64,000 bases of DNA from Nitrososphaeraceae archaeon (GTDB taxonomy: Archaea; Thermoproteota; Nitrososphaeria; Nitrososphaerales; Nitrososphaeraceae). The stretch lies in the NCBI GenBank assembly GCA_035250975.1, contig DATFEP010000066.1, positions 12,117-76,116 of the forward strand, read 5' to 3'. The position numbers and the translations under genes are program-made. The notes under the pieces are model-generated. The model saw nothing but the letters and a program-made list of their open reading frames with translations, had not been told where the DNA came from and did no database searches. Below are positions 10,585 to 21,587 of the stretch, in pieces; the first letter of the stretch is position 1, and every line of letters starts with the position of its first letter.

Positions 10585-11394
10585 CTAATTCTGGATTTGA
10601 GGCAATTCTTTTAATTTGTTTGCTGCAATTTCTGCTGCCTTTTTACCTGACAGTAACATGGATCCAAAGGTTGGCCCCATTCTTGGCAATCCGTGTGTTT
10701 CAGTTACAGACATGCCCGTTGCAATCAATCCGGGAAAAACTTCTCCAGTATAATTCACAACTGAATCTTCGCTTGTATTTACACACATTGGATCCATTCC
10801 TTTCCACTTTACATAACCTCGTTCCATTAATCTTTTTACTGCAACAGAATCATGACCAGAAGCGTCAATGACTATCTTACTCTCAAATGCTATTGGATCT
10901 ACACAGGTAATATTTCTTGGTAAGGCAGATACTGGCATCCAATTAACTACTACACCGCCAACACGTTTATTCTTTATAATCAGATCATCAAATTTTGTCA
11001 ACTGTAAAAATCTAACTCCTGCGTCACAGGTAGCTGCTATTAATTTAGAACATGCATGGGGTCCCCATGTCGCATACAATCCTTCCCTTATAGTTCTATA
11101 TGGTACTCCTAGTTCATCCCATATCTTCTGAGCAGGTGCTCTTACTGTAACAGGATTCATCATATATCCACCTACCCAGTATCCCCCTCCGATGTAATTA
11201 TTTTGTTCAATGATTAGTGTTTTAATTCCGAGTCTTCCGAGATCTCTTCCTGCTGACAAACCAGCAGGTCCTGCTCCAATAATAATTACTTCAGAGTCGG
11301 TATACTCGTTCATAGTCTCCATAAACATTCCTGCAATTGATCTGCTAATTTCTTTCTCGCTGACGTCAGCAAAAATTTTTGGCATAAAATACAT
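10585..11394 (-). CDS. thi4: Thiazole synthase Thi4
   Basis: GAGPAG, GGGYWVGG, TCVDP, DASGHD, GLPRMGPTFGSMLLSG. Confidence 0.95.
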   Translation of the reverse strand: MYFMPKIFADVSEKEISRSIAGMFMETMNEYTDSEVIIIGAGPAGLSAGRDLGRLGIKTLIIEQNNYIGGGYWVGGYMMNPVTVRAPAQKIWDELGVPYRTIREGLYATWGPHACSKLIAATCDAGVRFLQLTKFDDLIIKNKRVGGVVVNWMPVSALPRNITCVDPIAFESKIVIDASGHDSVAVKRLMERGYVKWKGMDPMCVNTSEDSVVNYTGEVFPGLIATGMSVTETHGLPRMGPTFGSMLLSGKKAAEIAANKLKELPQIQN

Positions 11395-11552
11395 CCATAA
11401 ATAGATTATATATTATTAATGCAAAATATGAAACTATTTTCACAAATTAATGAGAAACAAAATAAAGAGAATCATAAATATAATAAAGAATAAGCATTAT
11501 TGTTTACTTATTTTCTAGCCTCTTTGGTATTGAAACTATAATATTTAGGAGG

Positions 11553-12845
11553 TTAGTTAGTACTGTTCAACATATCATCAGATACATGATGTCCACGGAT
11601 TTTACTATCAATCTCGTTTATCATGGATATGAAATCAGTTTTGTGCGAATTGAGATATTCTTGTCCTTTGTCCTTTAATCGATTTTGGTAAAGTCTGAGA
11701 TCACGATGTTCATTAAAGAATTTTTCGATCATCAAACTTCCATGAACTGTTGGATTGATTAGCTGGTCGAAATATTCCATAGTAAGATGAACATCCCCAT
11801 TTTCAACCGAATTTCTTGCTCTATTTAGTAACTCGGAAATATCTTTTAGTTGTTTCATTGGAGGAGTTATTTCTCTTGATTTACCCATAAAACCGGATCT
11901 TTTTACTGTACCTACTTTTGTGGCAAGTTCCTTAGCCACCTCATAATATTCTTCTTTGCTGAAAAGATTTTTCTTTACCTTTCTGATTATTAGCCCCTTC
12001 ATAGTTAATTTTAATAGAGCATCATCCACTTCGACTTTATCCATACCCGTTATCCACACTATCTTTCCAGAATAATCATATCCAAGGCGAATTGCTTCTA
12101 GGACAACAACCTCAACAATTCTTCTAAATCCTTCCTCAGCTTTTGCATTTTCAAAATCTTTATCCCGTACCGCTCTTTTTGCATAGGATATATCCATCTC
12201 AATAGAGCGTTTTAAAGCCTCAATTCCATCATCTACTCTTCCATCCAATACAAGATAACAAGCGAGATTATACCACGACATACCATCGTTATGATTGATA
12301 TCTAACGCTTTTTCACAGCATTCAACAGCTTTTTGTAGATTACCCATTCGATAATAAGATAGACCTTTCAGATTCCATGTTTCTGAATTATTTATATCCA
12401 AATCAAGGGCTTTATCATAACAGGAAATAGCAACTGTAAATTCATTCATATGAAAATGAGAATATCCTTTTTTTATCCATGCATTTGCAAATTCTGGATC
12501 TATTCTTATTGCCAATTCAAAGCATCTGATAGCATCAACTAGCTTTTCATTTGACATATGATTAATTCCTTTGTTATAAAGGTCAAATTTCTGAATATCA
12601 ACGACATTATTGATAGGTTTATGAATAGGAATTTCAGAATCTCCTTTCCCACATTCATCATTACTTTTTTTTATAGTATTTTCCAAAGTTTTACCCTCTT
12701 GATTATCACTATTTACATTATGATCATTGATAGCAGTATCTTCATTACTGATACTTTTTTCTAGTTTGGAAGGTGCTTCTCCGAGGTTAATTTTTTTTAA
12801 AATTTTCCTTCCTAAAAATCTATTCATATATACATATTTGATCAC
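11553..12845 (-). CDS. Tetratricopeptide-repeat protein with C-terminal wHTH-like region
   Basis: TPR consensus repeats (AWIKKG, ETWNLKG, SWYNLAC). Confidence 0.85.
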   Translation of the reverse strand: MIKYVYMNRFLGRKILKKINLGEAPSKLEKSISNEDTAINDHNVNSDNQEGKTLENTIKKSNDECGKGDSEIPIHKPINNVVDIQKFDLYNKGINHMSNEKLVDAIRCFELAIRIDPEFANAWIKKGYSHFHMNEFTVAISCYDKALDLDINNSETWNLKGLSYYRMGNLQKAVECCEKALDINHNDGMSWYNLACYLVLDGRVDDGIEALKRSIEMDISYAKRAVRDKDFENAKAEEGFRRIVEVVVLEAIRLGYDYSGKIVWITGMDKVEVDDALLKLTMKGLIIRKVKKNLFSKEEYYEVAKELATKVGTVKRSGFMGKSREITPPMKQLKDISELLNRARNSVENGDVHLTMEYFDQLINPTVHGSLMIEKFFNEHRDLRLYQNRLKDKGQEYLNSHKTDFISMINEIDSKIRGHHVSDDMLNSTN

Positions 12846-12961
12846 TGACGAAGATAAATAGATTATGATTCAATTAATATGGTGTCCAAAATATAGAATT
12901 TGATATATGAATATTATAGAAAGAAGATATTGAAATAAAAACCGAAAAAAATTATTATCTC

Positions 12962-13429
12962 GTGCAATTAATATATTTCCAAGTGTCAGATTATTATGAA
13001 ATTCTTGGATTAGGTAAGGATGCAACTCAAAACGATATTAAAAAAGCTTTCAGAAATTTAGCGTTGAAATATCATCCAGACAAGAACAAGAATTCAGAAG
13101 ACTCAAAGCATAAGTTTATGCAACTAATTGAAGCATACGAAGTACTGTCTGACCAAAATTTGAAGGAAAAATATGATTATTCATTATTTAATAAAAGGAT
13201 CCTGAACAAAAATGAATATGTTTATAATTCAGGATTCAAGTGGGTTCCGTCAGCAGATTTTGAGCATTTCTATAGTTACGAGAACCTCAAAAGACGATAT
13301 AGGCAGGAGAATTTTAGGGGAGGTATGTGGGATATTAATGAGAATGCCAATATTGGCTTGTGGAAAGCGACAATGATCTTATTTGGTACCCTTGGTTTGA
13401 TAGCACTCTTCATAATATTAATAAATTAA
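12962..13429 (+). CDS. J-domain (DnaJ-like) protein with C-terminal TM anchor
   Basis: [23 protein letters not shown]; hydrophobic tail. Confidence 0.9.
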   Translation: MQLIYFQVSDYYEILGLGKDATQNDIKKAFRNLALKYHPDKNKNSEDSKHKFMQLIEAYEVLSDQNLKEKYDYSLFNKRILNKNEYVYNSGFKWVPSADFEHFYSYENLKRRYRQENFRGGMWDINENANIGLWKATMILFGTLGLIALFIILIN

Positions 13430-13866
13430 GCCTATCGAGTTGAAAAATTGATTCCTTTGAGATAATATTAGAAATTAAAAAATTAAATATTCTAACCCAA
13501 AAAACAAATGTTAAGAAAAATATGGATACAAATTGTTTTTTTCCTTGTACAGTATTGGTTGGACTCACACAGAAATAAATAAGATTATTTGTAATTAACC
13601 TTATTGTAAATTTAAATTTCATATTCAAAAACTAGAATTATTAATATTGGAATAATAATTTCAAAAATATTTCTCGTAGTAATCGTTTTCCAAACTTACT
13701 CGATATATTCAATAGTTGTTAAAACAGCTATCAAAATCATCATTATCTTATTTACAATATATGCAAAATTAAGAAAAAGATTAAAGGCTATAACGAACGA
13801 AAAAGGGTTTTTTATACAATTTTATATAAAATAAAAAATTATATTTTAACTGGGAAATAGTATCAT

Positions 13867-15213
13867 ATGAAAATGAAATCTGTTTTGACCATTGCGGGAA
13901 GTGATCCCATTTCAGGTGCAGGTATACAGGCAGACCTAAAGACCTTTTCTACACTTGGAGTATATGGATTTACTGCAATAACAGCAATAACCGTCCAAAA
14001 TACAAAAACTATTTCAAGAATTTTTCCTTTACCTTCTTATCTGATAGCAGAGCAGATAAAATCAATAATTAGCGATTCAAAACCAAACGCAATAAAGGTT
14101 GGGATGGCATATAATCGATCGACTATTTTTCAATTGCAAAAAATTCTAAAAGATATTACAGATATTCCGATTATAATAGACCCGATTTTGATTTCTTCTA
14201 CAAATACAAGATTGTTGATGAAAGACGCATTGAATGATTTTGTAAAAAAATTGTTACCAATTTCAAATATTATTACGCCAAATATTGCAGAAGCAGAAGA
14301 GATAACCAAGATAAGAATACGAAAAGAACAGAATCTAATTGAAGCACTGAAAATGATAAAGGAAATGGGTGCGAAGAATGTAATTATAAAAAGCAGTCAA
14401 CTAAAAAAAGACAAGGTTATAGATATATTACTTGATGATGAAAATAAAATTTATAAATTTTCTAATCCAAAAAAACAAATACCTGAAAACCACGGTTCTG
14501 GATGTAATTTTTCAGCAGCCCTCTCTGCGTTTACTGCAAAGGGTTATAGAGTCGATCAGGCATGTAAATTTGCAAATAAGTTTATCCAGCAAATTTTTGA
14601 AAAAAGCGTTCTAGAAATTGGTAAAGGATTGCCCGTTGCAGACGCTGGTTTTGCCAACTATTATGATTCAATGAAATATAATGTTTTAGTAGAATTATCC
14701 AAGGCAGTGCGGGATTTCGAGGATATTAAGAACGTAGGACTATTTATCCCTGAAACGCAGACTAACTTTGTTTACGCATTACCTGATGCTGAGAACATAG
14801 GAGATGTGGCAGGAGTCAAGGGTAGAATAGTGAAATTAGACACTGGTGCTAAGGCTTCGTCTTGTGTAGAATTCGGTACTTCAACACATGTTGCGACTGC
14901 AGTCCTGACTTATATGCAGATAGACAACTCAATTAGATCTGCAATTAATTTAAGATTTAATGAAAAATTTATAAACATAGGTAAATCTTTTTTGAAAATT
15001 GTCCAATATGACAGAACTAAAGAACCTATAGAGATAAAAAGAAAAGAAGGATCTTCAATCCGATGGGGAATACAGTCCTGCTTATCACAAGAAAAGGAAG
15101 CAAGGATGATATTTCATCAAGGCGATATTGGAAAGGAGCCCATGATAATTTTATTTGCAGATAATCCACAGAAGATTATAAAATATATAAAAAAAATAAT
15201 TAATGAATACTAA
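13867..15213 (+). CDS. thiDN: Bifunctional HMP/HMP-P kinase - thiamine-phosphate synthase (ThiD-ThiN fusion)
   Basis: IAGSDPISGAGIQADLK, ITPN, HGSGC; C-terminal IPETQTN, GRIV, GDIGKEPM. Confidence 0.93.
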   Translation: MKMKSVLTIAGSDPISGAGIQADLKTFSTLGVYGFTAITAITVQNTKTISRIFPLPSYLIAEQIKSIISDSKPNAIKVGMAYNRSTIFQLQKILKDITDIPIIIDPILISSTNTRLLMKDALNDFVKKLLPISNIITPNIAEAEEITKIRIRKEQNLIEALKMIKEMGAKNVIIKSSQLKKDKVIDILLDDENKIYKFSNPKKQIPENHGSGCNFSAALSAFTAKGYRVDQACKFANKFIQQIFEKSVLEIGKGLPVADAGFANYYDSMKYNVLVELSKAVRDFEDIKNVGLFIPETQTNFVYALPDAENIGDVAGVKGRIVKLDTGAKASSCVEFGTSTHVATAVLTYMQIDNSIRSAINLRFNEKFINIGKSFLKIVQYDRTKEPIEIKRKEGSSIRWGIQSCLSQEKEARMIFHQGDIGKEPMIILFADNPQKIIKYIKKIINEY

Positions 15214-15444
15214 TGATCATTGATTGCAATTAAAACTTCAGACAGAAATAGATCATTTTTTTTAAAAATTATTATATTTTTAAGAAGCTGATTTTATATC
15301 TTTAATTATCTCTTTTACGGTTTATCATTCACAATAAATTGTACTAAATGTTCCGGTGCTCTCTTTTGTTTTAATTCTCGTTTCTCTTATTGAAATAATA
15401 TCTTAAAAGTATATTAATTTAGTATTTACTAAAGTTACTAAAAA

Positions 15445-16152
15445 ATGCAGGCTGTAATACTTGCGGGTGGCTTGGGCACCAGATTGCAACCCTACACCTT
15501 CTTTATTCCTAAGCCAATGTTACCACTAGGAAATAAACCATTATTGGAACATCTCGTAGAATGGATTGCAAGTAACAAAATTATTGATGAAATAATTATT
15601 TGTGTTAGTTATTTACATAGAACTATTGAGGATTATTTTGAGGACGGTGGAAGGTTGGGAATAAGAATATCATATGCACGTTCTGAAAGGCCTCTAGCGA
15701 CGGCTGGTCAGTTAAAAACAACTGAAAAATTACTTAAGGGTAGGTTTGTTTGTTTATATGGAGATTCTATTTATGACTTTAACTTAGAACAAATGATAAA
15801 GGAACATGAACAATCCAAGGCCTTTCTTTCGATGGCGTTGATGCAATATAAAACTAGATTGAAATATGGATTTATTGAAGTACAAAAAAAAAATAAAATA
15901 GTTACAGGATGGAGAGAGAAACCAGAAGTAGAAGGCTTGATAAACATTGGATGTTATGTTATGGAAAAGGAATTTCTGAAGTTCATTCCAAAATCAAGTA
16001 CCATTGGAATGGACAAAATTGTTCAAAAAATAATAAGGAAAAATAAATGTGTAAAGGCCTTTACGATAGAATCTGGATTTATTGATATTGGGGATAAAAG
16101 ATCATATTTAGAAGCTTACAAAGAGTTTACAAAGAAATTAGGAAAGATATAA
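15445..16152 (+). CDS. Sugar-phosphate nucleotidyltransferase
   Basis: AVILAGGLGTRL, PKPMLP, EKP, DIGD. Confidence 0.9.
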   Translation: MQAVILAGGLGTRLQPYTFFIPKPMLPLGNKPLLEHLVEWIASNKIIDEIIICVSYLHRTIEDYFEDGGRLGIRISYARSERPLATAGQLKTTEKLLKGRFVCLYGDSIYDFNLEQMIKEHEQSKAFLSMALMQYKTRLKYGFIEVQKKNKIVTGWREKPEVEGLINIGCYVMEKEFLKFIPKSSTIGMDKIVQKIIRKNKCVKAFTIESGFIDIGDKRSYLEAYKEFTKKLGKI

Positions 16153-16328
16153 TACTAAATTTGCAACAATCGAAATTCAGCCTAACATTTTTTTACTTTA
16201 TGGAGGTAATTTGCTAATAATCGTATTTTGTTTCCATTTTAGTGAAAACAAACATGAAAGTGCAAAAAGAAATTATTAATATACAACCAAGATGTTATAT
16301 TTTTTACAAATAAAGAAGGGGAATTGAT

Positions 16329-16685
16329 TTGTTCAAAGAAGATGAAAGCCATTTTGATAAATCTGGCTCAGATATCAACCCACAGTATTACGTAAGAAAA
16401 ATGCGTTATCAAGGATCATTAATGATAAATATTTGTGATGAAAATCTGTTGGGTAAGACAATTAAAGATGAATCGGTAAATATTGAGATTACAAGAGATT
16501 TTTTTAATGAATTAATGAGTGAACAAGAAATTCATTATTTACTTAAAAGATGTTCCATAGCGAATTTAATTGGCGAGAGAGTAATTAAAAAGACATTAAA
16601 GTTAGGATTAGCAAAGAAAGAAAGTGTCAAGGTTATTTCAGATATACCTTTTTTAATGATCTACACATTTCAGGGAAACTACTAG
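16329..16685 (+). CDS. DUF424 family archaeal protein
   Basis: NICDENLLGK and IANLIGE motifs. Confidence 0.8.
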   Translation: MFKEDESHFDKSGSDINPQYYVRKMRYQGSLMINICDENLLGKTIKDESVNIEITRDFFNELMSEQEIHYLLKRCSIANLIGERVIKKTLKLGLAKKESVKVISDIPFLMIYTFQGNY

Positions 16686-16799
16686 ATAAAAGTATTATGT
16701 GGAAAAAGAAAATTTAATAAAAATTATATATTTTTAATACATCCAAATAAATGAATATTTTATAAGTAATATTTTGTTAATTTATCTAGGGGAAAAATA

Positions 16800-17357
16800 G
16801 TGATTTATCAAAGAAGTATTAGAATTCAGAAGGACAGAATTGGAGCCATAATTGGCAAGAAAGGATCTACGAAACAAGAAATTCAAAGAAAGTTTAACGT
16901 AGAGATAGAAATAGATGGCGATTATGGTGATATTACCCTAAAATCCAAAGGAGAGGATTTAAACGTGCTTGACATAAACAACGCAATGGAAATAATTAGT
17001 GCTATATCAAAGGGTTTTTCGCCAGAAAGGGCATTCAATCTATTTAATGAAGATAACATACTTGAGGTTATTGATCTCAGAAACTTTGTGGGAAGATCAG
17101 AAAATGGCTTATCTAGAATAAAAAGTAGATTAATAGGAGAGAGAGGAAAATCGAGAAGAACCATAGAAGAGTTATCGGGAGCATATATTTCAATTTACGG
17201 TCATACAATTAGTTTGATAGGAACCTCCGAACAAATAAGACTTGCCTCAGAGGCTATAAACATGATATGTTGTGGAAGATCTCACAAAGTAGTCTATAAT
17301 TTCCTTCAGGAAACAAGGAGAAAGGCAAAGATCGAAAAGATGAGACTATGGGAGTAA
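16800..17357 (+). CDS. KH-domain rRNA processing factor (Dim2/Pno1/Krr1-like)
   Basis: RIGAIIGKKG, GFSPERA, RLIGERGKSRRTIEELSG. Confidence 0.9.
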   Translation: MIYQRSIRIQKDRIGAIIGKKGSTKQEIQRKFNVEIEIDGDYGDITLKSKGEDLNVLDINNAMEIISAISKGFSPERAFNLFNEDNILEVIDLRNFVGRSENGLSRIKSRLIGERGKSRRTIEELSGAYISIYGHTISLIGTSEQIRLASEAINMICCGRSHKVVYNFLQETRRKAKIEKMRLWE

Positions 17358-17586
17358 AAGTTTATGTAAAACTGTACCATTTTTAAGGCAAACATAAATT
17401 AGAGTTTTGAAAATTGAACGGGTTATAGCTTCAATAATTAATAAAGTACACAAGGAGATGAATATACGCATACTTTACATAAACTACATGAATTCATAAA
17501 TATTCAATATATGATGAAATTATTAGCCGTCTTGTATTGTTTATTTACTTAATTACATGGAAACATTTAAAACGTTAAAATTATAA

Positions 17587-18165
17587 CTATACAATTTCAT
17601 TATTTGATTTTTTGTTGCCCCATCTTGTAAACAAATTATGTTCGATGTTAAATTGATCCAACACTTTTCCTACTATATGAAAAATGATATCGTCCAATGA
17701 AGAAGGTTTGAAGTAGAATCCTGGCATCGCTGGCAAGACAGTAACGCCCAATGCTGAAAGTTTCACCATGTTTTCTAGGTGAATTTTTGAAAGAGGGGTT
17801 TCTCTTGGCACTATAATCAATTTTCTATTTTCTTTGATACAAACATTTGCAGCTCTGGAAATCAAAGTATCATCAAATCCATTTGAAATACTTGCAAGGG
17901 TTTTCATGCTGCAAGGAATTATTACCATTCCATCAGTTCTAAAAGAACCACTTGAGATTGGAGCGGCCATATTTTTATTATCATAACAATAAGTAGCTAA
18001 GGATTTTACCTTGCTAGGAACTGTGTCAGTCTCTATCTTAATGGTATTTGCACCCCATTCACTTAATATCAGGTGTGTTTCAATGTCAAGTGAACGTAAC
18101 GATTCCATTGTCTTGATTCCATAAATTACTCCCGAGCTACCTGTGATCCCGACTATTATCCTCAT
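17587..18165 (-). CDS. ubiX: Flavin prenyltransferase UbiX
   Basis: VGITGSSG, ISSGS, PCSMKTLA, RETP, PAMPGFY. Confidence 0.95.
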   Translation of the reverse strand: MRIIVGITGSSGVIYGIKTMESLRSLDIETHLILSEWGANTIKIETDTVPSKVKSLATYCYDNKNMAAPISSGSFRTDGMVIIPCSMKTLASISNGFDDTLISRAANVCIKENRKLIIVPRETPLSKIHLENMVKLSALGVTVLPAMPGFYFKPSSLDDIIFHIVGKVLDQFNIEHNLFTRWGNKKSNNEIV

Positions 18166-18234
18166 TATAACTTGAGAGTTAGAAGACCTATGATATGTAC
18201 CTATCTTAGTTGCGTATAAGAATTAATTTTTATA

Positions 18235-19167
18235 ATGCCCACATACCAAGATAAATCTATAATAAAGATGCTTACAATTTTTGGGACAATTGCTCTTGAT
18301 ACAACAAGAACTGGTTCAAGAACCGTAACAAGAATAATGGGAGGTGCTGCTACGTATTCATCTCTATCTGCATCGAAGTATGTGTCTACTAATATCGTTG
18401 GGATAATCGGTTCCGATTTTCCAATGAAATATAGGGAAATTTTGAATAATAATGTCAATACAAAAGGAGTTGTGATAAAAAAGAATGGAAAGACTTTCCA
18501 TTATGATTCGTCATTTGACGAAACGTTGACCATAAGAACATCAAACAAGACTGAATTGAATGTGATCGAAAATTTTCAACCTGTTATTCCAGAAGAATAT
18601 ATTGATTCAAAATTTATTTTTCTTGCCAACAATGATCCTGTTCAAAATATGAAAATGCTTGATTTATTTAGTGACCCGCAAATGGTTGTATGTGATACTA
18701 TTGAATATTGGATTCATAATAAATTTGACGAAGTCGTGGAAATGATGAAAAGGGTAAATGGAATTATAATAGATGCACAAGAAGCACGTTTGCTTACAAA
18801 AGAGCATAATTTGATAAGATGTGCGAAGAAAATAAAAGAGATGGTAAGAGATTTTGTAATTATCAAAAAAGGAGAACATGGTTCCATGTTGTTTTATAAT
18901 GATATCATTTTTTTGTCTCCCGCATTTCCCATCGAAATTGTGGTCGATCCCACAGGCGCAGGTGATTGTTTTGCCGGTGGATTTTTAGGTTATCTGGCAA
19001 AGAATAGAAAGATAAGTGAAAGTGCCATGAAAGAGGGTGCGGTTTATGGAAATATCATGGGCTCATTTGTTGTAGAAGATTATGGAGTGAACAGAATGAT
19101 AGACTTAACAAATAAAGATATTGAGCAAAGAGTTTATTTGTATAAGAGGTTTGTCGATCTGCAATAG
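18235..19167 (+). CDS. PfkB-family carbohydrate/nucleoside kinase; start probably ATG at 18268
   Basis: GGAATY, KKGEHG, DPTGAGDCFAGG. Confidence 0.9.
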   Translation: MPTYQDKSIIKMLTIFGTIALDTTRTGSRTVTRIMGGAATYSSLSASKYVSTNIVGIIGSDFPMKYREILNNNVNTKGVVIKKNGKTFHYDSSFDETLTIRTSNKTELNVIENFQPVIPEEYIDSKFIFLANNDPVQNMKMLDLFSDPQMVVCDTIEYWIHNKFDEVVEMMKRVNGIIIDAQEARLLTKEHNLIRCAKKIKEMVRDFVIIKKGEHGSMLFYNDIIFLSPAFPIEIVVDPTGAGDCFAGGFLGYLAKNRKISESAMKEGAVYGNIMGSFVVEDYGVNRMIDLTNKDIEQRVYLYKRFVDLQ

Positions 19168-19272
19168 GAATTCCTTCTTTATTAAATCGTTTTTATTTTT
19201 TATCTTTTAAAAATGACGAAATAAATTCTATCAACTAGACTGAATTAATTTACGTACTTAGTTTGTGACATG

Positions 19273-20097
19273 TCAATATTGAAATCGTTTGTTTTTTCTA
19301 ATTTCTTTTAAAAGATAATCAGTTTTTTGTATGGGACTTTTAGAGTGCAAGATGAATCTGCCCACGATTAAATAATCGGCTCCGGAATTGATCGTCTTGG
19401 TTATATTACCTCCTTGAGTTAATAATCCTGGAGAATAAATTGGTATTTCTCCTTTGTCTAAAGTTGATATTTCCTTAATTATTTCCGTTCTGGTAGCACC
19501 AATAACAAACCCGTCAGCATTGCTGGATTTGCCATAATTATAAAATAAATTATAAAGGTACGTAAATTCATTTTTGCTTGAATGTTTTTCGCTTTTTTGG
19601 AATGTCGAGTAAGTGGAATTTGCATTTGCTTTCTTTAATCCATATCCCTCTATCGCCCCGGGATGACTCATAAACAACAAACAGATAACACCGATGTTCA
19701 AAGAATGAGCATAATCAACGAGAGATTTTGTCTCTGTAATTCCTATAATTGGATTCATTATTACCGCGTCAAATCGTAAATCGCATAACCTGTTAACCGT
19801 TATCTTATTAGTATTTCCTATATCGTTTAGTTTTATGTCCGCTATTACCTGAAGATTTTTTTCTCGTGCAAATTTGTTTAATTGTAAAATCTCTTTCTTT
19901 GATAAAGATAAAAGTAAATGAAAATTGACCTTCAGTGCACATAACTTTTCGCCCAAATCTGAAATTAGATCATTGCATCTTTGAAATAATGAATCATCAG
20001 TATTCTCAAAATCTAATGCAAGGATAAGGGGGGTTTGTTTTTCCAATGATAAATAACGTATTCGAGATCGATAGGATTTGGAATAATTATTCATCAT
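19273..20097 (-). CDS. pyrF: Orotidine-5'-phosphate decarboxylase
   Basis: LILALD, LKVN, ADIKLNDIGNT, SPG, QGG, IVGR. Confidence 0.9.
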   Translation of the reverse strand: MMNNYSKSYRSRIRYLSLEKQTPLILALDFENTDDSLFQRCNDLISDLGEKLCALKVNFHLLLSLSKKEILQLNKFAREKNLQVIADIKLNDIGNTNKITVNRLCDLRFDAVIMNPIIGITETKSLVDYAHSLNIGVICLLFMSHPGAIEGYGLKKANANSTYSTFQKSEKHSSKNEFTYLYNLFYNYGKSSNADGFVIGATRTEIIKEISTLDKGEIPIYSPGLLTQGGNITKTINSGADYLIVGRFILHSKSPIQKTDYLLKEIRKNKRFQY

Positions 20098-20788
20098 TAA
20101 TCACAAGAGGGTGTTCTTGGACTAGATGTACTACTTTTAGATATATGTATCCATGTTCTTCTGTGTTATTTGTAAATATAGGCTTTTCAGATTTCTGGCT
20201 AGAATATTTTAGAAATTTGCCAGGTTCAAAATCTGTGTTCAAGTAATAATAATAAGTTAAACTATCATTGTCCATAAAATTTAACGATGACCCAAGTGAA
20301 TATTTTCCATTTTGCTTATTCTTGAAGGCAAAAATGGGCAATGGAGGTTCGTCATAAATAGTCTTGTACGCTGCAACTTTTGCAAGGCTTGATAGGTCAC
20401 GTAATTTGATTTTTGTATACGCTAGCTTTTTGCTCTTTCTTGAACTCTTTTCCATAACTGAAGGTAATTTTTCTATGTTAATAATTGGAGAATAAACATA
20501 GAGTGGATTTGATGCTGTTTCAACTGGAAAGACAGATTCAGACGAGCTTGTACATCTATAAGCAAGGTACTGATATGATATAGATTGCGCGTGACTTTGG
20601 TCCTCAGGATATTTTACGAAATAGATTACTGGAATTCCCCCCATGAATTCGGTTTGTACAGAAAAAATATGTACATTCTTAAGATGAACGGAAAAGGACG
20701 GTAGAGGAGAGCGCTCTAAAGCGCAAACGAGTCTACCAAAATTATTTAAATCTAATATTTCAACGTAGAAGGGTGATTTTAATTCCAA
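20087..20788 (-). CDS. Conserved hypothetical protein of Thaumarchaeota/Crenarchaeota
   Basis: 233-aa ORF overlapping the pyrF start; RLVCALER and SPIINIEKLP motifs. Confidence 0.7.
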   Translation of the reverse strand: MELKSPFYVEILDLNNFGRLVCALERSPLPSFSVHLKNVHIFSVQTEFMGGIPVIYFVKYPEDQSHAQSISYQYLAYRCTSSSESVFPVETASNPLYVYSPIINIEKLPSVMEKSSRKSKKLAYTKIKLRDLSSLAKVAAYKTIYDEPPLPIFAFKNKQNGKYSLGSSLNFMDNDSLTYYYYLNTDFEPGKFLKYSSQKSEKPIFTNNTEEHGYIYLKVVHLVQEHPLVINDE

Positions 20789-20944
20789 GCAAGTATCTTC
20801 AAAGATGAAGGTAATTAATATTTATGCAAAATTTCTTAGTTGAGGTGAAATTTACTCCGGGTCAGCCATTTGCTGAATTTTTCTCTATGATTTCTTTAAA
20901 TTTCTCTAAATTGTACTATTGATAAAGAATATTAAATTCAAAAT

Positions 20945-20984
20945 TCAGAATGAATCATAATTTGTCAGAATGAATCATAATTTG
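20945..20984. repeat. Perfect 20-bp tandem duplication (TCAGAATGAATCATAATTTG x2)
   Basis: Read directly from the sequence, in a divergent intergenic region. Confidence 0.9.
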
Positions 20985-21103
20985 ACAATCAATTTTACCT
21001 TTGCCAAGTGAAAATGGTAAGAATTCTGTATTTAGTTTATCTTTTAAAGGTCGATAACAAATATTACGATAAAGAAATAAACTTGAAGTTCTAACTACTA
21101 TAT

Positions 21104-21427
21104 ATGACAAGTTGTAAGGATTGCGATACTGAACTTCCTTTAAACTCAAAATTCTGTCTTAATTGCGGAACACAAATAGGAATAAAAAGAGATGTCTACC
21201 AAGTTTCAGGCGAAAATCTTATCGGAAAGGTTAAAGAGATGATGCAGGGTGCAAATGTTAGGAGAATTATAGTAAAGGATGAAAAGGGTAAGGTATTGGT
21301 TTCCATTCCAATTACTTGGGGTACAGCTGGTATCGTAGCAACAATTGCGTTGGCACCCTGGCTTGCTGCATTAGGGGTTATAGCAGGTGTTGTAACGAAA
21401 TGCACAGTAGAGGTAGAAAAAGCCTAA
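21104..21427 (+). CDS. Zinc-ribbon + DUF4342 domain protein
   Basis: CKDC..KFCLNCG; VKEMMQGANVRRIIVK; C-terminal CTVEVEK. Confidence 0.8.
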   Translation: MTSCKDCDTELPLNSKFCLNCGTQIGIKRDVYQVSGENLIGKVKEMMQGANVRRIIVKDEKGKVLVSIPITWGTAGIVATIALAPWLAALGVIAGVVTKCTVEVEKA

Positions 21428-21587
21428 AATGTTAGGATAAAAGTTGAATTTCTTTTTAAAGATTAAATCAAAAAGAGACAGTATTATTATCCTCAAATGA
21501 TCCTATGATATATGTTTTTGGAGTTTATAAGCATTTAAATCATTATCATTATATTGTTGGGTAGTAGATGTATCAACGATATTTATA

